Assembly: GCA_963776725.1 (NCBI GenBank)
Contig: CAVZOE010000007.1
Span: 127,592-191,591 of the forward strand
DNA length: 64,000 nucleotides
Origin: an uncultured Candidatus Rokubacteria bacterium
Lineage (GTDB): Bacteria; Methylomirabilota; Methylomirabilia; Rokubacteriales; CSP1-6
Reading direction: 5' to 3'
Shown: in pieces, positions 1 through 11,460 of the stretch
Layout of the letters: each line of letters starts with the position of its first letter
Numbering within the stretch: position 1 is the stretch's first letter
Notes under the pieces: model-generated
What the model was told of the DNA's origin: nothing
The model's database searches: none
The model's input: only the letters and a program-made list of their open reading frames with translations
Position numbers and translations under genes: made by a program

Positions 1-4
1 CTGC

Positions 5-463
5 GTGACCCCCGTCGACGTCGAGATCGACCTCAGCTTCGACGCCCAGGGCGTCCTCACGTCCGTCGAGAGCCATGGCGCTGACGCGCCGTCGCCAACG
101 GCCGTGCTGGCCACGCAGATTGCGCTCAGCTTCCTGGGGACGCCCTTCAGGTTTGGGGGCTCGACTCCGGAGACCGGATTCGACTCACCGGGGCTGACGC
201 AATACGCCTATGGCCAGGCCGGTGTCGCGATACCACGGCTGGCCGACGCGCAGTTCCTCATCGGCGCAGCCGTGGACAGGGACGCGCTGCTGCCGGGCGA
301 CCTGGTGTTTTTCCAGGACAGCAGTGGTTTCATCTATCACGTCGGCATGTCACTCGGCGGCGACAAGTTCATCCATGCGCCGAGCACCGGCGACGTCGTG
401 AAGATCTCGAGCCTGAACGAGCCGTTCTACGCGGGACAGTTCGTCGGCGCCCGCCGGGTCTAG
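5..463 (+). CDS. NlpC/P60 (C40) family peptidase, C-terminal part. The 5' end lies outside the window.
   Basis: ORF translation carries NlpC/P60-like motifs (GLTQYAYGQAGVAIPRLADAQ, GDLVFF, YHVGMSLGGDKFIHAP). Stop TAG at 461-463. Confidence 0.6.
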   Translation: MTPVDVEIDLSFDAQGVLTSVESHGADAPSPTAVLATQIALSFLGTPFRFGGSTPETGFDSPGLTQYAYGQAGVAIPRLADAQFLIGAAVDRDALLPGDLVFFQDSSGFIYHVGMSLGGDKFIHAPSTGDVVKISSLNEPFYAGQFVGARRV

Positions 464-466
464 TTT

Positions 467-502
467 CATGGGGGGCCTCGAACGGGCCCCCCAAGCCCCC
501 CA
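467..502. repeat. REP-like GC-palindromic hairpin element, copy 1.
   Basis: CATGGGGGGCCTCGAACGGGCCCCCCAAGCCCCCCA, immediately after a stop codon. Confidence 0.6.
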
Positions 503-584
503 GGGCGGCTCGGGGCGCCCCGGCAAGGCCGTGGCGCCCCTCGATCTCCGACAGACTCCTAACCGAGCCACAACCGCGGCGGGG

Positions 585-1811
585 TCATCGCGAGGTCTCG
601 GGCTCTTCTATACGCCGGCGGGCGTGGGCCTGGCGCTGGCCGTCGGCCCGGCACACCGGAATCACCTGCTTGCCGAACATCTCGATGGAGCGCAGGGCCT
701 GCTCGTGGGGGATGGTCTCCGTCTGCATGATCAGGATGACCTCGTCGACTCCGGCCTCCTCGTACAGACGCACGCCGCGGATGCAGCTCTCCGGGTCGCC
801 GGCAATGATGATGCCGCGCTCGCAGAGCGTGTCGGGATCCATCTGACCGAACGCGGCCCGCGCGGCGCCGGGGCCGGAGTCGAGCGAGATGCCGACCTGC
901 TCGGCCTGAGCCTTGTGGGCGTCGTCGGCCTGCCGCAGCCACCGGCCGAAGTCGGCCTTCAGGTGGTCCGGCACGCCGCCCCATGATTCCAGCAGCTGCT
1001 CGTAGGCGTTGACCCGATCGCGGATGTACGGCTTGTCGGGGCCGAAGAACGTCTTGAGCGACAGCGCCGCCAGCTTGCGGGCCGCGTCATTGTCCTCGCC
1101 GCAGAAGGCGTGGACGTTGTTGCCCCAGTACGAGTTGACGGACGCGCCGACGGGCGTGGCTCGCGCGACGCGCTCCCGGTAGCGCTTCACGTGTCCGGTC
1201 AGGATGGTCGTCGCGAATGTCGCCGACGAGAGCACGCCGATGCCGGTGCCGGCGGCCACGTCGTAGCTGTCGGTCTGCGTGCAGGCCAGGTACATGCGGG
1301 GATGCGGTTTCTGAAAGGGCTTCGGCAGCACACGCCGCGCGGGCACCTTCCAGAACTTCCCGTCCCAGGAGAATTCGTCCGACTGCCAGATCTGCGGCAG
1401 CATCCTGAGCGACTCCTCCCACATCGCGCGCGTCTCGCGGGGATCGATGCCTTGGCCGAGCTGCTCATAGGCATTGGAACGGCCGGTGCCGAGCTCCAGG
1501 CGACCGTCCGTCAGCTGGTCGAGCATGGCCGCGCGCTCGGCGATGTGGATCGGATGGTGCGCGGGCAGGATCGAGACGCCGAAGCCGATCCGGATCCGCT
1601 TGGTGAGCTGACTCAGCGCGCCGAGCAGGACCTCGGGGCAGGGCGAGCCCGAGAACCCGGTGAGGAAGTGGTGCTCGACGAACCAGAGGTTGTCGAACCC
1701 GATCCGGTCCGCGAGCACGCACTGCTCGATCGTTTCCTTGTAGAGCGCGTTCCAGTCGACGCTGGTGCCCTGGAACGGTCGCTGCGCTTCGTAGAGCAGG
1801 CCGAATCGCAT
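585..1811 (-). CDS. LLM-class flavin (possibly F420)-dependent oxidoreductase, luciferase-like monooxygenase.
   Basis: Translation MRFGLLYEAQRP...WFVEHHF... matches luciferase-like monooxygenases. ATG at 1811-1809 is preceded by GGAGAG RBS. The upstream part of the long ORF is not coding. Confidence 0.8.
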   Translation of the reverse strand: MRFGLLYEAQRPFQGTSVDWNALYKETIEQCVLADRIGFDNLWFVEHHFLTGFSGSPCPEVLLGALSQLTKRIRIGFGVSILPAHHPIHIAERAAMLDQLTDGRLELGTGRSNAYEQLGQGIDPRETRAMWEESLRMLPQIWQSDEFSWDGKFWKVPARRVLPKPFQKPHPRMYLACTQTDSYDVAAGTGIGVLSSATFATTILTGHVKRYRERVARATPVGASVNSYWGNNVHAFCGEDNDAARKLAALSLKTFFGPDKPYIRDRVNAYEQLLESWGGVPDHLKADFGRWLRQADDAHKAQAEQVGISLDSGPGAARAAFGQMDPDTLCERGIIIAGDPESCIRGVRLYEEAGVDEVILIMQTETIPHEQALRSIEMFGKQVIPVCRADGQRQAHARRRIEEPETSR

Positions 1812-1837
1812 GGTCGATTGTCCTCTCCGAGAATGAC

Positions 1838-3239
1838 TTACCCGCCCTGCATCGTCCGGACGTCCGACCCGACGGTCACGTCCATCTCCGTCAGGGCCAG
1901 CACTTCCTGGGGCGTGAACCCCGGCGCCACTTCGTCGAGGACGAAGCGGCTGCGATCCCAGCGCAGCAGCGCCAGGTCGGTCACCACGTAGCTGACGCAG
2001 GCCTTGCCGGTGAGCGGGTACGTGCACGCTCGCCGCAGCTTCGGGCGACCTTTGCTGTCCACGTGCTCCATCACGATGATCAGGTCACCCTGGCCGGACA
2101 GCAGGTCCATCGCCCCGCCGATGCCGCCGCGCCTGGCGTCCGCCGTGCTCCAGTTCGCGACGCTGGCGTGCTGATCGACCTCGTAGGCGCCGAGGATCAC
2201 GGTGTCGATCCGGCCGCCGCGCGCCATCTCGAAGGAGGCCACGCTGTCGAAGAACGAGGCGCCGGGATTCAGCGCCACGAACTGGCCGGCGGCGTTGTAG
2301 ATGTCCGGATCGATGTCGCTTCTCGTCCGACACCATCCGGCCGTAGCCCAGCACGCCGTTCTCGGCGTGCAGGATCACGTCGCGACCCTCCAGGTAGTTC
2401 GACACCATCGTGGGGATGCCGACGCCGAGGTTCACATAGGTGCCGTCCCGGACGAGCCGGGCGGCGTTCCGGGCGATCCCCTCGCGCGTCAGCGCCGGCT
2501 TGCCGTGGTAGAGGCGCGCCTCATCCGAGGGCCGCCGGGCGGGCCGGCGCCAGGCCTTGCCATCGACCGCCTGCGTGGTCTTGACGACGCGCGAGACGAA
2601 GATCCCCGGCAGATCGATCAGCTCCGGAGCGATCTCGCCGGGCTCCACGATCTCATCGACCTCGACGATCGCGACCCGCGCGGCCTTGGCGAAGCTGGGA
2701 TTGAAGTTCTGGCTGCCCCCGCGGAACTGTACGTTGCCGAGCCGATCGGCCCGATAGCCGCGGAGCAGGGCGTAGTCCACCCGGATCGCATACTCGAGAA
2801 CGTGGGGCTTGCCGTTGAAGTCGCGGGTCTCCCGCCCCGTCGCGAGGTCGGTGTCGACGCCCGTCGGTGAGTAGAAGGCCGGGATCCCGGCGCCGCCGGC
2901 GCGGCAGCGCTCGACCAGGATGCCCTGGGGGACGAGCTCCACGTCCATCTTGCCCGCCGCGATCTGCGCCTCGCTGGCCGTCGGCGTGCCCGGACGCACG
3001 GAGAACGCGGCGATCAGCTTCTTCACCTGGTTGTTCTCGGCCAGAATCTGGCCGCGAGTCGCGCCGGCGTCACCGAGGGAGTTGCAGACGAGCGTGAGCG
3101 CTTTCGTGCCCTGATCGCGGAGCGCGCAGATCAGGCTGGTCGCGAACCGGTGCGCGACGCCGAACCCGGCGATGGCGACGGTCGCTCCCTCGGGGATGTC
3201 CGCGACGGCCTGCTCCGGCGAGGCGACGATCTTGTTCAT
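1838..3239 (-). pseudogene. Fused 3-oxoacid CoA-transferase, subunits A plus B (ScoA-ScoB, SCOT-like). One apparent frameshift near 2310-2320.
   Basis: The N-terminal part (MNKIVASPEQAVADIPEGATVAIAGFG...) is ScoA/AtoD-like. A linker is followed by ScoB/AtoA-like sequence (ALTREGIARNAARLVRDGTYVNLGVGIPT...ENGVLGYG). The B subunit continues in another frame from about 2310 (DIDPDIYNAAGQFVALNPGASFFDS...GGAMDLLSGQGDLIIVMEHV). ATG 3239-3237 overlaps the stop of the upstream gene. Confidence 0.8.
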
Positions 3240-3288
3240 GCTGGTCCTCCGCGGGCTCCAGAGAGCGCGGCCCGTATGGTAAAGCGGT

Positions 3289-4590
3289 CTAGATCACACC
3301 CTCCTCGGCGAGCGCCTTGATCTCCTGGGAGGACATCCCGAGCAGCTCGCCGTACACGTACTCGTTGTCCTCGCCGTAGCACGGGCGCGCCGCGGTCGAT
3401 GCGCCCGCCGATGTACGCCGGGCTCTCGCTCAGCTTGACCGGCACCTCGGCCAGCGGCCAGCGCCCGATCTTCGTGCCGGTCACCTCGGTCAGCCACGAG
3501 AGCGCGGCCAGCTGCGGATCGTGGTCGCAGCGGTCCTCCGCCGTCTGGCACACGCCGGCCGGCACGCCGGCCTGCTGCAGGGCGAGCATCGTCTCGTAGG
3601 CGTCGCGCGATCTCGTCCACTCGCGCGACGAGCGCGTCGAGCGCATCCTGGTGCGCGAGCCGCGCCGCGAGATCGCTGAAGCGCGGCGTCGCTCGCCCAC
3701 TCCGGATGCCCGGCGACCTCGGTCAGCGCGCGCCACTCGGCGTCCGTGAAGCAGGCGATGGTGAGCCAGCGATCGTCGCCGGCGCACGGATAGACGTTGT
3801 GCGGCGCCGCCGGCTTGTACGGCGAGCGGTTGCCGTAGCGTGACCAGATGCGTCCGTTGGCCGACCAGTCGAGGATGGTGGTGCCGCTGATGAAGAGCCC
3901 GACCTCGGACTGCGAGGCGTCGATCCACTGCCCTTCGCCCGTCCGCGCGCGATGGAAGAGCGCGGTGAGCATCGCCAGCGCGAAGCTGTAGGCGCCCATC
4001 CAGTCGAGGTACGAGTAGCCCCAGCCGGCCGGCATCGCCGGCTCCGGCAGTCCCGACATCTCCGACAGAGCCGGCGAACGAGTTCGCGATCGGACCCACG
4101 GTGCGAAAGCGGCCGTACGTGCCCTGCGCGCCCATGCCCGACTGCTGGACGTAGATGATGTCCGGCTTGATCGCGCGCAGCGCGTCGTAGCCGAGGCCCC
4201 AGCTGTCGAGCACGCCCGGCGAGAAGCCTTCCGCGACGACGTCCGACATCGCCACCAGGCGCCGCGCGATCTCCAGGCCCTTCGGATGCCGCACGTTCAG
4301 CGAGATGCCGCGCTTGCCCGGGTTCTTGTTGTTGAACTGCCCGCCCATGTCGGGATCGGTGACGCCGGGCAGCGGCGCCGTGGCCTGCGTCGCGCGCGGC
4401 GCGACCGCCGACCGGCGCCATCGCGGCCATGCGCGTGTCCGGGTGGCTCTTCAGCTCGACCTTGATGCTCTCGGCGCCGAACGCGCTCAGGAACCGCGTG
4501 CCGCCGGCCGAGGCCAGGAACCACGTGAAGTCCAGGATGCGGATGCCGTGCAGCGGAAACGGCTTGCCGCGGGGCGAGAGCCCCTCGTCG
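3289..4590 (-). pseudogene. CoA-transferase family III (CaiB/BaiF-like) gene, copy B. Multiple apparent frameshifts; boundaries approximate.
   Basis: CaiB-like segments occur in three different frames (KPFPLHGIRILDFTW..., WGYSYLDWMGAYSFALAMLTALFHRARTGEGQWIDASQSEVG, C-terminal ...YVYGELLGMSSQEIKALAEEGVI). Stop at 3289-3291 in the last frame. Confidence 0.6.
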
Positions 4591-4599
4591 TGCGGCGGC

Positions 4600-5894
4600 C
4601 GCGCGGAGGCGTCGATCACCGGCAGGTCGGCGATCGCGGCGGCAGCATCACGGTCTTGGCGTCCTCGTTCAGCAGCGGCGCGCGCCGGCCGACCGACCAC
4701 GACGTGCCGGTCGCCGAGCCACTTGCTCGTGGCGTAGCGGAAGGCGCGGCCCAGCTCGGGATGCTCGACGTCCGTGCAGCTCTCGCGCGCGAGCCAGTGC
4801 GGATCGATGGCGTTCTCGTGCGGCTTGCGCAGCGGCGCCCAGAGCATGCCCGCCTCCTGGGCTTCGCGCCACGGCACGTTGTCGTAGGTGAAGGCGCGCA
4901 CGAAGCGCTGCACGGCCTCCATGCCGTGATCGCGCTTGGCCGTGCTCGGGCCCGGTGCCCGGAACGAACCGTCCGCCCTGCGGCACCGCGGCCTGTCTCC
5001 GCGTCGAGGCCGGCCTCCATGCCGTAGCGCTCGAGCAGCGCGACGAGCCGCTCCGTCTCGCCGGGGCGCGTGCCCAGGTTCGCCATCACCCAGCGGCCGT
5101 CCTTGGTGTGCACGATGGACGGATGCGGCGAGATGGTCTCGCGCGCGTGACGGCAGGTCTGGCGCAGCACCGGCGCGCGCCGCATCACCCACGTCATCAG
5201 ATCGACCTCGGTGGATTTCGCCACCGCCTCGTGGATCGCGCACGACACGATGCTGTCCCTTGCCCGTGCGCCAGCGATAGAGCAGCGCGGCGACGATCGC
5301 CAACGCGAGCTGCTCGCCGGCGATGTGGAAGGCGTGCCACATCTGCGGCGCGATCGGCGGCAGATCGTAGTTGCCGTCGGGCGCGGGATCGTAGCCGCAG
5401 TTCATCATCACGCCGCCGAGCGCCAGGTGCACCAGGTCCGAGCCCTTGAAGTCGGCCCACGGGCCGTCGTCACCGAACGGCGACACCCGCGCGACGATCA
5501 GCGCGGGAGACTGCTGCATCAGCGCGTCCGCGCCCAGCCCGTAGCGCGTCGAGCTCACCTCGCGGCGTCGACTCCAGCAGCACGTCGGCGGTGGCGACGA
5601 GCGCGCGGAAGCGCTCCCGGTCGTCCGCCTGGTCGCAGGTCGAGCACGATCGAGCGCTTGCCGCGGTTGTACTGCCAGAAGAACAGCGAGCGCTCGGGAT
5701 CCTCGCGGTCCTGGTAGAAGGGCCCGATGCGGCGCGTGGGGCTGCCGCCGGGCGGCTCGACCTTGATCGACGTCGGCGCCCAGGCCCGCCAGCGTCAGCC
5801 CGCAGTACTCCGCCTGCTCGTCGGCCAGCTCGATGACGCGGATGCCAGTGAGAGGACCTCGGCGGGGCGCGACGCTGCCGGCACGGGCTTCCAT
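4600..5894 (-). pseudogene. CoA-transferase family III (CaiB/BaiF-like) gene, copy A. Multiple apparent frameshifts; boundaries approximate.
   Basis: N-terminus MEARAGSVAPRRGPLTGIRVIELADEQAEY... carries the CaiB LxGxRVxxL motif. Later segments (PIAPQMWHAFHIAGEQLALAIVAALLYRWRTGKGQ, ...VEHPELGRAFRYATSKW, RAPLLNEDAKTVM) lie in other frames. Confidence 0.55.
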
Positions 5895-6115
5895 GATGAC
5901 TCTCCAGTCTTTCGCCTTGGCGGATCCGACCGCGCGGGCGGACCAGCCCGCGCCGGAGACTATAGCCCGTTCGGAAGATGCAAGCGCGGTCTGCTCGCGG
6001 CGGCCGGCGCGCGGATCACGTCATCGCGTGCGCGGGGTGGAAAATCTTTTCCCTCCCGCGCCTGAGTTCGGTTGTGACGCTGGGGGCGAATTGCTAAAAT
6101 CGCGTCTCGTACTGG

Positions 6116-9100
6116 TTGGCCATGGAGGTCGAGGTGGTCCAGCGAATCTCGCCGCGAGAAACAACACGCGACTGGCTCGTCGGCGGCGGCGAGATGGGCG
6201 AGCTCATCCGCTCGATCGATTGGGCGAAGACGCCGCTGGGCCCGATCGAGTCCTGGCCCCCGACCCTGCGCACGATGGTCGGTCTCCTGCTGGCCAACCG
6301 ATTCCCGCTGCTGCTCTGGTGGGGGCCGGACTACGTCCAGATCTACAACGATGCCTATCGACCGATCCCGGGCGCGAAGCATCCGCGCTCGATGGGGCAG
6401 CCGGCGCGTGAGTGCTGGGCGGAGATCTGGCACATCCTCCAGCCGCTCATCGACTCGCCGTACCGCGGCGGGCCCGCCACCTGGAACGACGACATCCTGC
6501 TGGAGATCAGACCGCCACGGCTTCCTCGAAGAGACCCACTTCACGATCGCCTACAGTCCGGTTCCCGATGCGACGGCCCCGGGCGGCATCGGCGGCGTCC
6601 TGGCGACGGTCCACGAGATCACGGCGCAGGTGATCCAGGCGCGTCGCGTCGCGGCCCTGCGCGATCTCGGCGCGCGCTCGGCGGAGGCCAAGACGGCCGA
6701 GGAAGCGTGCGCGATCGCCGCCGAGGCCTTCGGTCGACACGACCTGGACGTGCCGTTCGCGCTGCTCTACCTCGTCGACGGCGACGGGCGGACGGCCCGG
6801 CTCGCCGGCCGGTGCCCCGGCGGCGGCGACGTCGAGGAGTCCTTCGCCCCCGCGGTCATCTCTCTCGACGGCGGACGACGCCACGGCGTGGCCGCTGGCC
6901 GAGGCGCTGACCGATCGCATCCAGGTCGTCGACGATCTCGATCGACGCTTCACCCGGGTGCCGAAGGGCCCATGGGCCGATCCGCCGCGGCAGGCTCTCG
7001 TCCTGCCGGTGCCGTCGAGCATCCCGCACAAGATCGCCGCGCTGCTCGTGGTCGGCGTCAGTGCCCGCATCGAGCTCGACGATCAGTATCGGGGATTCTT
7101 CGAGCTGGCCACCGCGCAGGTCGCCACCGCGCTGGCCAATGCGCGCGCCTACGAAGAAGAGCGTCGGCGCGCCGAGGCGCTGGCCGAGATCGACCGGGCC
7201 AAGACGGCGTTCTTCAGCAACGTCAGTCACGAGTTCCGGACCCCGCTGGCCCTGATGCTGGCGCCGCTGGAGGACGCCCTGGCCGATCCACAGCGTCCGC
7301 TGCCACTGGAGCAGCGGGGGCGCCTGGAGACGGCTCACCGTAACAGCTTGCGGCTCCTGAAGCTGGTCAACACGCTCCTCGACTTCTCCCGCATCGAGGC
7401 CGGGCCGCGTCGAGGCGCGCTACGAAGCGACCGACCTGGCGCGCCTCACGACGGAGCTCGCCAGCAACTTCCGGTCGGCGATGGACCGCGCCGGCCTCCG
7501 CTTCGTGGTGAACTGTCCGCCGCTGCCGGCCCCCGTCCACGTCGATCGCGACATGTGGGAGAAGATCGTTCTCAATCTCCTCTCGAATGCGTTCAAGTTC
7601 ACGTTCGACGGAGAGATCGCGGTCACGTTGGGACATGCCGGGGAGTGCGTGGAGCTGGCCGTCCGCGATACCGGCACCGGGATCGCGCCCGAGGAGATCT
7701 CGCATCTCTTCGAGCGATTTTATCGGGCCAAGGGCGTGCGGGCGCGGACCCACGAGGGCACGGGCATCGGACTGGCGCTGGTCCAGGAGCTCGTGCGACT
7801 TCACGGCGGCACGGTGCGGGTCGAGAGCGTCCCCGGCGAGGGCAGCACCTTCACCGTGTCGATTCCCGCCGCCGGCCCGCACGCTCCCCAGCTCACGCTC
7901 GGGACCCTGGCCTCGACGTCGCTCGGCGCCAGCCCCTTCGTCGAGGAGGCCCTGCGCTGGCTGCCCAGCGCTGATCTCGCAAGGGACCGCGAGCCAGACA
8001 GTTCGACGGCCTCGGCGTTGCTGCCCCCCGAGGCGGCGCACGCTCACGACGGCGCGGCGCCGGGGGGACGCATTCTATTGGCCGACGACAATGCCGACAT
8101 GCGTGACTACGTCGGTCGTCTCCTGCGCGAGCACTGGACCGTCGAGGCCGTCGCCGACGGCAGGGCCGCCCTGGAGGCCGCCCGGCGCCACGTGCCGGAT
8201 CTCGTGCTGTCGGACGTCATGATGCCCGGGCTCGATGGCTTCGAGCTCCTTCGCGCCTTGCGCGCGGATCCGCGGACCTCCACGGTGCCGGTCATCCTCT
8301 TGTCCGCGCGCGCCGGCGAGGAGGCCCGCGTCGAAGGTTTGCAGGCCGGCGCCGACGACTACGTCATCAAGCCGTTCACGGCGCGCGAGCTGATCGCCCG
8401 GCTCCACACGCATCTCACGCTGGCCCGGATGCGCCACGAGGCCGCTCGACAGGCCGAAGCGGCGCGCACCGAGGCCGAGGCGGCCTCCAGCGCGAAGGAT
8501 GTCTTCCTGGCCACGCTGTCGCACGAGCTCCGGCAACCGCTGGGCTCGATCCTGGGATGGATGCGGCTTCTGCAACGGGACGACGTGGACGCCCCCGGGC
8601 GCGGGCACATCTTCGAGAGGCTCGAGCGCAGCGTCCATAGCCTCACGCGCCTGATCGACGACTTGCTGGATGTCTCGTCCATCGTGACGGGCAAGATGCG
8701 CTTGAACCTCCAGCCCCTGGACCTGCGCCAGCCGATCGAGACGGCGCTGGACAGCGTTCGCGCCGCCGCGACGGCCAAGGGCATCGAGCTTCAGCTGGTG
8801 GTCGACCCCCGGACTCCGCCGATCGTCGGCGACGGGGACCGCCTGCAACAGGTCATCTGGAATCTTCTGTCGAATGCGGTGAAGTTCACGCCGGATGGTG
8901 GACGCGTCGCCGTCCGGCTTGCCCACGACAGCGCGCGGATCGCCATCGAGGTGACCGACTCCGGGCGGGGCATCGCGCCGGAATTCATGCCGCGGCTCTT
9001 CGAGCGCTTCACGCAGGCGGCGCAGGGGCCGAGACGGGCGGTCCCGGGACTGGGCCTCGGCCTGGCCATCGTTCGCCATCTCGTCGAGCTGCACGGCGGA

Positions 9101-9454
9101 ACGATCACGGCCCAGAGCCCCGGGGAAGGTCAGGGCTCGACGTTCACCGTGAGTCTGCCCGTGGCGACGCTCGACCCCGAGGCCTTGACGTCCCGAGAGC
9201 ACGAGCTGGTCTTTCGCGAGTGCGGGAATCATCCGGTCGCGACCTGCTCCAGCTGCGGCAAGTCCTACCGACTCTGGCAGCTGCGCGCGGACTCGATGAC
9301 CGGCAAGCCCCACGCGTGCCCGGGATGTCGCGCCGACCTCACCGCATCGATCCGCGAGCACCTGCTGTCCTGCGAGACCGCGGTCATCCTCCGGTCGGAG
9401 GCCTTGCGGGCCCGAGCCCACGAGGGCTCCGACGCCCCGGGACGAGAGCCGTAG
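6116..9454 (+). pseudogene. Multidomain hybrid sensor histidine kinase: PAS, GAF-like, HisKA/HATPase, REC, then a second HisKA/HATPase and a C-terminal Cys4 tail. About three apparent frameshifts.
   Basis: Segments lie in four frames. PAS-like N-terminus is at 6116. The first HK carries FFSNVSHEFRTPL...LDFSRIEAG. The REC domain is ILLADDNADMRDY...DLVLSDVMMPGLDG...DDYVIKPF. The second HK carries LATLSHELRQPL...GLGLGLAIVRHLVELHGG. The tail is CSSCGK...CPGC. Frame changes fall near 6530, 6900 and 7440. Confidence 0.75.
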
Positions 9455-9604
9455 CGGTCGCGGTGAGATAGGAAGAAGTTTTCCCTATTCTCCCGGGCGG
9501 GCAGCGGCCGGGAGCTGTTTGTGACAGGATAGGGGCCCAAAGCTCAGAAACGTGTTAGATCGAGGGTGGGCAGGCGATGTGCAGTGTCGTCTGCAGGAGG
9601 TGCC

Positions 9605-10010
9605 CATGCTCAACGGGTTCAGCCTGCTGGTGGTCGAGGATGATCGTGACTCGCGGGAGGCCATTCGCGAGACGCTGGAGGCGTCCGGGGCGACCGTACG
9701 GACTGCCAGCAGCGCCAGCGAGGCCCTGGCCGCGCTCGCCGCGCGCGAGTTCGACCTCGTGGTCAGCGACCTCGCCATGCCGGATCAGAGCGGGTTCTGG
9801 CTGATCAACAAGATCCGCCAGGTCTTCCACCGGCGTCACGTGCCGGTCATCGCCGTGACCGGGCATCCGTTCCCGTTCGAGGGTGTGCGGCGCGCCGGGT
9901 TCGACGACGTCATGCAGAAGCCCCCGGACCCGGACCGGCTCTGCGCGGCCATCGCCGCGCTGCTCAAGACGTCGGGAGCGACACCCGCCTCCGGAGCCTC
10001 ACCCGCCTAG
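9605..10010 (+). CDS. Single-domain response regulator (CheY-like REC).
   Basis: Translation MLNGFSLLVVEDDRDSREAI...DLVVSDLAMPDQSG carries the REC acid pocket. AGGAGG RBS lies upstream of ATG 9605. Confidence 0.8.
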
Positions 10011-10703
10011 GTACGCGCGACGGACGTGGTCGTCGGCCATGAGGTCGGCGGCTGCGCCCGCGAGCACGATGCGGCCGGTCTCCAGCACGTAGGCCCGATC
10101 GGCCATGCGGAGCGCCAGGTAGGCGTTCTGCTCCACCATCAGCACCGTCGTCCCCTGCCGCCGGATGTCCGCGATGATCGCGAACGTCGTCTCCACGACG
10201 GTGGGCGCCAGTCCCAGCGAGGGCTCGTCGAACAGGATCAGTCGCGGGCGGGCCATCAGCGCGCGCCCGATGGCCAGCATCTGCTGCTCGCCGCCGGAGA
10301 GCGTGCCGGCCACCTGGCGGCGGCGCTCGCCCAGCACGGGGAAGTGCTCGCACACGCGCTCGAGGTCGGCCGCGATGCCCGCACCGTCGCGGCGCACGTA
10401 GGCGCCCATCAGGAGATTTTCCTCGACGGAGAGGTAGGGAAAGACGCGCCGACCTTCCGGACAGTGGGCGATCCCGGCCTGCAGAATGATGCCCGGCTGA
10501 AGACCGGTGATGGGCCGGCCGTCGAACACGATGCGCCCGGCCGCCGGCCGGAGCAGTCCCGAGATCGCGCGCAGCGTGGTCGACTTGCCCGCGCCGTTGG
10601 CCCCCAGCAGGCACACCAGCTCGCCGGCCCGCACCTCGAGGTCGATGCCGCGCAGCGCCTCGATCGGTCCGTACGCGGCGCGGAGTCCGGCGATCTCAAG
10701 CAC
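9999..10703 (-). CDS. livF: Branched-chain amino-acid ABC transporter ATP-binding protein, LivF.
   Basis: Walker A GANGAGKST, signature LSGGEQQMLAIGRAL and a LivF-like C-terminus. Confidence 0.85.
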   Translation of the reverse strand: MLEIAGLRAAYGPIEALRGIDLEVRAGELVCLLGANGAGKSTTLRAISGLLRPAAGRIVFDGRPITGLQPGIILQAGIAHCPEGRRVFPYLSVEENLLMGAYVRRDGAGIAADLERVCEHFPVLGERRRQVAGTLSGGEQQMLAIGRALMARPRLILFDEPSLGLAPTVVETTFAIIADIRRQGTTVLMVEQNAYLALRMADRAYVLETGRIVLAGAAADLMADDHVRRAYLGG

Positions 10704-11460
10704 CCGACGACCCCAGGTAGGCGCGGATGACCTCGGGATGCGACTGGATGGCCGCCGGCGGGCCCTCGGCGATCACCCGGCCGTTGTTCAGCACGATGAC
10801 GGTGTCCGAGACGCCCATCACCAGGCGCATGTCGTGCTCGACCAGGAACACGGTCACGTCCTGCTCGCGCACCTGCCGCACCAGATCGACCAGACGCTGC
10901 CGCTCGGAGGCGGTCATGCCCGCGGCCGGCTCGTCGAGCAGCAGCACCTTGGGCCGCGCGGCCAGCGCCACCGCCAGCTCCACGAGCCGTTGCTCGCCGT
11001 ACGGCAGCGCGCTGGCGACCTCGTCGCGCCGGTGCGGCAGCCCGACGAAGGCGATGATGGCCTCGGCCTCGCGGGCCAGGCGCGCTTCCTCGTCGGCGAC
11101 CGCGCGGCGGCCGGCCAGGATGCTGAAGATGCCGGCACGGCCGCGCAGGTGCAGGCCGATCATCACGTTGTCGCGCACGCTGAGCGCCGGGAACACGCTC
11201 GTCTTCTGAAACGTCCGGACCACGCCGCGCCGCGCGACGTCGCACGGGCGCCGGCCGGTCAGCGGCTCGCCGTCGAAGGTCACGCGGCCGCGGCGCGGTC
11301 GCAGATAGCCGGTGATGGCGTTGAAGGCGGTGGTCTTGCCCGCGCCGTTCGGCCCGATCAGGCTGGTGATGGTGCCCGGGCGCACCTCGAACGACACGCC
11401 GGCCAGCGCGGCCACACCACCGAACTCGACGGCGAGATCCTCGACGGCTAGCGTCGCCAC
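10696..11460 (-). CDS. livG: Branched-chain amino-acid ABC transporter ATP-binding protein, LivG.
   Basis: GPNGAGKTT, LPYGEQRLVELAVALA and LLLDEPAAGM motifs. GTG start at 11460 overlaps the livM stop. The longer ORF prefix is not coding. Confidence 0.8.
   Translation of the reverse strand: MATLAVEDLAVEFGGVAALAGVSFEVRPGTITSLIGPNGAGKTTAFNAITGYLRPRRGRVTFDGEPLTGRRPCDVARRGVVRTFQKTSVFPALSVRDNVMIGLHLRGRAGIFSILAGRRAVADEEARLAREAEAIIAFVGLPHRRDEVASALPYGEQRLVELAVALAARPKVLLLDEPAAGMTASERQRLVDLVRQVREQDVTVFLVEHDMRLVMGVSDTVIVLNNGRVIAEGPPAAIQSHPEVIRAYLGSSGA

Noticed and set aside
3723-5894. Single 723-aa ORF spanning the CoA-transferase region.
   Set aside because: It is a read-through across two separate, frameshifted caiB-family genes; only segments of it match CaiB.
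8075-9421. 448-aa minus-strand ORF, with many similar long ORFs elsewhere (e.g. 19953-21719 plus, 35759-37348 minus, 27254-28378 minus, 10409-11245 minus).
   Set aside because: Antisense or overlapping ORFs inside well-supported genes (HK, AOR, CCP, BMP SBP, livG). Their translations are Arg-, Ala- and Gly-rich low-complexity sequence with no motifs. This is the expected artefact of about 70% GC.
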